Shown here: in pieces, positions 60,073-64,000 of the stretch
How the letters are laid out: every line of letters begins with the position of its first letter
Numbering within the stretch: the first letter of the stretch is position 1
Origin: Candidatus Latescibacterota bacterium
GTDB lineage: Bacteria > Latescibacterota > UBA2968 > UBA8231
Direction: 5' to 3'
Length of the DNA stretch: 64,000 nucleotides
Assembly (NCBI GenBank): GCA_964291625.2
Contig: OZ220090.1
Coordinates: 832,001-896,000, forward strand
The notes under the pieces: generated by a model
Told to the model about the DNA's origin: nothing
The model's database searches: none
Seen by the model: only the letters and a program-made list of their open reading frames with translations
Program-made: the position numbers and the translations under genes

Positions 60073-61440
60073 TCAGGCGGTCCAGGGGCCGGTGATGGCC
60101 AGGGTGATCCCGGGCGACTGGATGTTCACGTAGAGGATGCGGCCGTCGGGCGAGAACGTGGCGCCGGCGAACTCGGACCCGTTGAAGGCGTTGCGGCCGA
60201 GCTTGTAGATCCCCCCCTCGGGAGTGACCCCCACCAGGTGGTTGTCGCCGCCGCCGTCCTCGCAGAGGATGACGTCGCCCCAGGGGGTGACCACCAGGTT
60301 GTCGCAGTTCTCCACCAGGTCGCCGTCGTCGGGCTCGATGAACAGCTCCAGGGTGCCGGGCGAGGCCGCCTCCTCGGGCGTCCCCTCCGCGGGGCTCGGC
60401 TCGTAGCGCCAGACCTGCCCCTTCTTCTTCTTGCCGCCGCTGGTGCAGGCGAAGTAGACGGCCTCCCGGCCGTACCACATGCCCTCGCCCCGGGCGAAGC
60501 GGGCGGCGCCCTTGTCCCACCCCTGGTCGCGCAGGTCGTCGTCGGGGGACTCCACATCCTCCACGTCGACCCAGGCGGCGGGCAGGCGGTCGCCGGGAGC
60601 CACGTCCCGCGACTTCCAGTTGCGCGTGTCCAGGCTGGGCCGGTCGAGGGCCATGAGCGCCTGCAGGCGCCCCCCGGCGGCCAGGCGGCCCGGCTCGTCG
60701 GGCAGGTAGCGGTAGATGAGCCCGTCGCCGGCGTCCTCGGTCTGGTAGACGATGCCCGACGCCGGGTGCACGGCCACGGCCTCGTGGTTGAAGCGGCCCA
60801 TCGCCTTGAGGGCCACCGGCTCCACCACCCCCGTGGCCGGTCCCGCCGGCACCTCGAAGTTGTACCCGTGGTCCTGCTCGTGGTGGTCGTCGGCGCGCTG
60901 GGTCGTCTCTTCGCAGGTGATCCAGCTGCCCCAGGGGGTGAGGCCGCCGGCGCAGTTGCGCACCGTGCCCACCAGGCTGAGGTAGTGGCTCTCCCGCTCG
61001 CCGCCGGGACCGATGACGAAGGTGGTGGTCCCTCCCTGGGGCGGGTCGCCGCCGCCCCAGTCGTAGAACCGCTCCCTCGGGACCTTGCCGATGCGCTCGT
61101 TCTCCTCCCCGAAGGCGCCGACCTTGCGGGCCCCCGAGGTCAGCTCGTGGTTGCAGACCAGCAGGGTCCGTCCCTCCGCCCCGGGAAAGGCGGCCATGGC
61201 GTCGGGCAGCCCCGGAACCAGGAGACCGTCGGTCATCTCGTCGCCGGTGCGGGAGATCACCCGGTAGGTGAAGCCCGCGGGCAGGTCGACGATCCCGCCG
61301 GGGTCCGGCAACATGGGGCCGTAGCCGGCGGCGATCCCCTCCTCGGGGGTCTCCCCCCAGACCACGTGGCGCTGCAGCCCTTGGAATCCCACGGTGACGG
61401 CGGCCGCCGACTTCAGGAACTGCCTTCTTGTGACGGGCAT
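60073..61440 (-). CDS. phoX: PhoX-family (DUF839) alkaline phosphatase, Tat-exported
   Basis: TRRQFLK Tat motif, PD.M, CNHE, NCAGG.TPWG..ITCEE, GRFNHEA, EG, CDN, CED, SEFAG, NIQ.PG. Confidence 0.88.
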   Translation of the reverse strand: MPVTRRQFLKSAAAVTVGFQGLQRHVVWGETPEEGIAAGYGPMLPDPGGIVDLPAGFTYRVISRTGDEMTDGLLVPGLPDAMAAFPGAEGRTLLVCNHELTSGARKVGAFGEENERIGKVPRERFYDWGGGDPPQGGTTTFVIGPGGERESHYLSLVGTVRNCAGGLTPWGSWITCEETTQRADDHHEQDHGYNFEVPAGPATGVVEPVALKAMGRFNHEAVAVHPASGIVYQTEDAGDGLIYRYLPDEPGRLAAGGRLQALMALDRPSLDTRNWKSRDVAPGDRLPAAWVDVEDVESPDDDLRDQGWDKGAARFARGEGMWYGREAVYFACTSGGKKKKGQVWRYEPSPAEGTPEEAASPGTLELFIEPDDGDLVENCDNLVVTPWGDVILCEDGGGDNHLVGVTPEGGIYKLGRNAFNGSEFAGATFSPDGRILYVNIQSPGITLAITGPWTA

Positions 61441-61495
61441 CTGCTCGATCCTCCCTCCGGGGTGCATGACTCCCTGAGAAAATACCGGTTCCAGG

Positions 61496-62383
61496 CTACG
61501 GCGGCGAGACGAGGCGCAGGGCGTTCTGCGAAAACAGCTTGCGCAGCACCGGCGGCTCCAGGTCCATGCCGAGGAGCCAGGAGCGCAGCTCGTCGCCCGG
61601 GGCGTCGCGGCCGAAGAGCAGCCGGTCCTGGTAGCGCTCGAGGAACCCGCGGGCGTGGTCCGGGTCGCGCCGCATCGCTCCCAGGCCGGAGCCGGCCGAC
61701 AGGTCCGCCCACAGATTGGCGAAGGTGTCCAGCAGCCGGATCAGCTCGCCGCCGGGCCGCACGGGTCCGGTGGGGTACACGGCCGCCTCGGTGGCCTCGT
61801 CGCCGGAGATGTAGCGCCAGAACCCCGGCGCGTGGCCGATGAAGACCGTCTCCGGGCAGGCCCGCAGGGTGCGCTCCAGGGGACCGGCGCCGCCGCCGTA
61901 CCAGCGCGGCTGGTACCGGGGCCGGCCGCCGGCCGGGTCGGGCAGAAACGGCACGTCGAGATGCAGGACCACGGGCATGCCGAGCTCCCCCGCCAGCCGG
62001 AACACCTCCCACGCCCGGGGGTCGTCGAGGAGCATGCGGTAGCTCCACTCGCCGCAGACCCGGACCCCGGCCTCGTGGGCCCGCCGCAGTTGCTCCGGCG
62101 CCGAGTCCTCCCGCGGACAGGGGCAGAAGCCGCCCACGAAACGGTCGGGGAAACTCCGGCACGCCTCGATCACGTCGGGCAGGGGGCAGCCGGCGTGGGT
62201 GCCGTCGGGGCGCAGGTTCCTCGGGCTGAAGCCGCCCTCCCATCCGGAGACGTGCTCGTCGGGCGGCAGGTACCAGGTCAGGGCCCAGCAGCGCTCGATG
62301 CCGAAGGCGTCCATCTCCGCCACCACCTCCGCCGGACCGAGGCCGTGGTACCAGACGTGGTTGTGGGCGTCGATGATCCGCAT
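61496..62383 (-). CDS. Amidohydrolase_2 family protein
   Basis: IIDAHNH, PVVLH, FIGHAPGFW, DLSA.SG, LLFGRD, NA. Confidence 0.85.
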   Translation of the reverse strand: MRIIDAHNHVWYHGLGPAEVVAEMDAFGIERCWALTWYLPPDEHVSGWEGGFSPRNLRPDGTHAGCPLPDVIEACRSFPDRFVGGFCPCPREDSAPEQLRRAHEAGVRVCGEWSYRMLLDDPRAWEVFRLAGELGMPVVLHLDVPFLPDPAGGRPRYQPRWYGGGAGPLERTLRACPETVFIGHAPGFWRYISGDEATEAAVYPTGPVRPGGELIRLLDTFANLWADLSAGSGLGAMRRDPDHARGFLERYQDRLLFGRDAPGDELRSWLLGMDLEPPVLRKLFSQNALRLVSPP

Positions 62384-62384
62384 C

Positions 62385-63596
62385 TCAGGCCGTCTTCCGC
62401 CGCAGGGTTTCCGGCACGAGGGTGGCCAGCAGCACCGCCCCGAGGACGCCCACCGCGGCGATCACGAGCGGCGCCGTGTGCAGGTCGGCCACCTCGCCCA
62501 CCCGGCCCACCACCACGGGGCCGGCCGCCGAGCCGCCGTCGCCGACGAGGCGCCACAGGCCGAGGAACTCCCCGCGTGCCCGGTCCGGAGAGAGGTCCGC
62601 CCCCAGGGTCATCATCGTCCCCGAGCCGAGGCCGTTGCCGATCCCGAAGGCCATGGCGGTCAGGCCCAGGGTCCAGAACGTCTCCGTCAGGGGGATCACG
62701 GCCATGGCCGCCGACTGGAGCAGGAAGGAAGGCACATAGGCGTACTTGCGCCCGCGGCGGTCCATGATCTGGCCGGCGGGTACGAACATGAGCATGTCCA
62801 GGGCGTACGACAGGCTGAGCATCAACCCCACGGCGCCCGTCTCCAGCCCCAGCACCTCCGCGGCGTAGAGGGGGATCACCGCCGTGCGGGCGCTGCGGAC
62901 CATCTGGCCGCAGAGCTGCCCCGAGCCGGCGCTGGCCAGCACCTTCCAGTGGCCTTTGAGAACCTGGGCCTGGCCCCGCAGGACCTGCCCCGCGGAGAGG
63001 CTGCCGCGAGGAGAGCCGCCTCTCTCCTTGACCCACCGGGCCGCCGCGGCCACGCCGGCCAGCCTCAGGAGTGCGACCAGCAGGAAAGGCACTCGCAGGC
63101 CGAAGGCCTCCGCCGCCAGACCCCCGAGGACCGGTCCCGCGAAGGAGGTGATGCGGCCGATCCCCCCGAAGACCGAGTAGATGCGGCCCCGCTGGGCCAC
63201 CGGCACCACGTCGGTCATGTAGGTGTGGCGGGCGATGTTCCACAGGGCCGTGAAAGCCCCGGCCAGGAGTCCGTAGGCGAGCAGCTCCAGCAGGCTCCGG
63301 GCCTGGAACATGGCCGCGGCCATGACCGCCATGCCGAGGCCGCCCACCATCATGGTGCGCTTCTGCCCGAAGCGGCGCGTGGCCATGCCGGCGGGTACGT
63401 CGAAGAGCAGGTTGCCCAGCCCCTCGGCGGCCAGCACGACGCCTACCAGGCTGTAGCCCGCATCGAAGGAGAGGGCGAAGAAGGGCAGCACGGGCATGAT
63501 CAGCCCGCGGCTGAGGGCGACGCAGCCCGAGGGCAGCCAGATGGAGAGCACCACCCGCCGGTTGACCAGCCGCGCCCTGGGAGGCCGGGAGGTCAC
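62385..63596 (-). CDS. MFS transporter
   Basis: About 12 TM segments, G...RRFG.K and G...DRRGRK motif A copies; GTGA overlap with upstream stop. Confidence 0.88.
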   Translation of the reverse strand: MTSRPPRARLVNRRVVLSIWLPSGCVALSRGLIMPVLPFFALSFDAGYSLVGVVLAAEGLGNLLFDVPAGMATRRFGQKRTMMVGGLGMAVMAAAMFQARSLLELLAYGLLAGAFTALWNIARHTYMTDVVPVAQRGRIYSVFGGIGRITSFAGPVLGGLAAEAFGLRVPFLLVALLRLAGVAAAARWVKERGGSPRGSLSAGQVLRGQAQVLKGHWKVLASAGSGQLCGQMVRSARTAVIPLYAAEVLGLETGAVGLMLSLSYALDMLMFVPAGQIMDRRGRKYAYVPSFLLQSAAMAVIPLTETFWTLGLTAMAFGIGNGLGSGTMMTLGADLSPDRARGEFLGLWRLVGDGGSAAGPVVVGRVGEVADLHTAPLVIAAVGVLGAVLLATLVPETLRRKTA

Positions 63597-64000
63597 GGAC
63601 GGCGGGACGGCGCGTTGTGCTCGTTGTTGCGGAAGGCCTCCGACTCGTAGTACGCGAAGTCGCGCCCGCCGGTGTCGCGCCACCAGGCGTCGGCCTGCTC
63701 CGCGAGGCGGCGCTCCACCCCGGCGTGCTCCGGTTGGCCGGCGAGGTTGGTCAGCTCGTGGGGGTCCGCCGCCAGGTGGTAGAGCTCGGCGGCCCCCGCC
63801 TCCTCCTCCCCGAAGTAGCGGACGAGCTTCCAGTCGCGGGTGCGCACCCCGTAGAAGGGGTGCACGCCCCAGTAGGCGGCGTAGTGCTCGAAGAACACGG
63901 CCTCCTCACCCTGCGGACGGGCGTCGGCGGCCAGCGCCCCGCACAGGTCTCCGTGAGGGAAGTCGGCCTCCACCCCCGCCAGGGCGGCGAGCGTGCCCGC
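63593..64000 (-). CDS. Sulfatase-family protein, C-terminal part (5' beyond window)
   Basis: GVRTRDWKL, ELYHL..DPHELTNLA..PEH sulfatase C-terminal signature. Confidence 0.8.
   Translation of the reverse strand, partial: AGTLAALAGVEADFPHGDLCGALAADARPQGEEAVFFEHYAAYWGVHPFYGVRTRDWKLVRYFGEEEAGAAELYHLAADPHELTNLAGQPEHAGVERRLAEQADAWWRDTGGRDFAYYESEAFRNNEHNAPSRRP

Overview
Very GC-rich (about 70% by eye), gene-dense bacterial chromosomal window with about 57 credible CDSs. No rRNA, tRNA, CRISPR array or transposase was recognisable. The gene mix (T9SS/FlgD-like C-terminal domain, a C-terminal SWGxxK tail, PhyH, enolase-superfamily, Gfo/Idh/MocA, heparinase-like and sulfatase genes) suggests a Latescibacterota/Gemmatimonadota-like diderm; this is inference only. 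Housekeeping genes: lipA, mnmG, adk, a Dus enzyme, pyrD, glnA-glnE, folD, lptE and a CtpA-like protease. There is a cobalamin-dependent methyl-transfer operon (MtaA/CmuA-type methyltransferase, corrinoid protein, ASKHA reactivase, stand-alone homocysteine methyltransferase, two uncharacterised Cys/His proteins) plus a separate pterin-binding methyltransferase. There are also sugar/sugar-acid catabolic genes and a lower-GC patch carrying an AlbA_2(Schlafen)-HATPase-TPR gene and a decayed paralog with an 11-bp tandem repeat. The most unusual pattern is non-coding: several intergenic spacers are diverged tandem copies (echoes) of the neighbouring gene junction. Some preserve translationally coupled mini-ORFs, and one preserves an alternative C-terminus whose divergence looks protein-selected. 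Two genes have single frameshifts (possible assembly errors) and one kinase is a disguised pseudogene.
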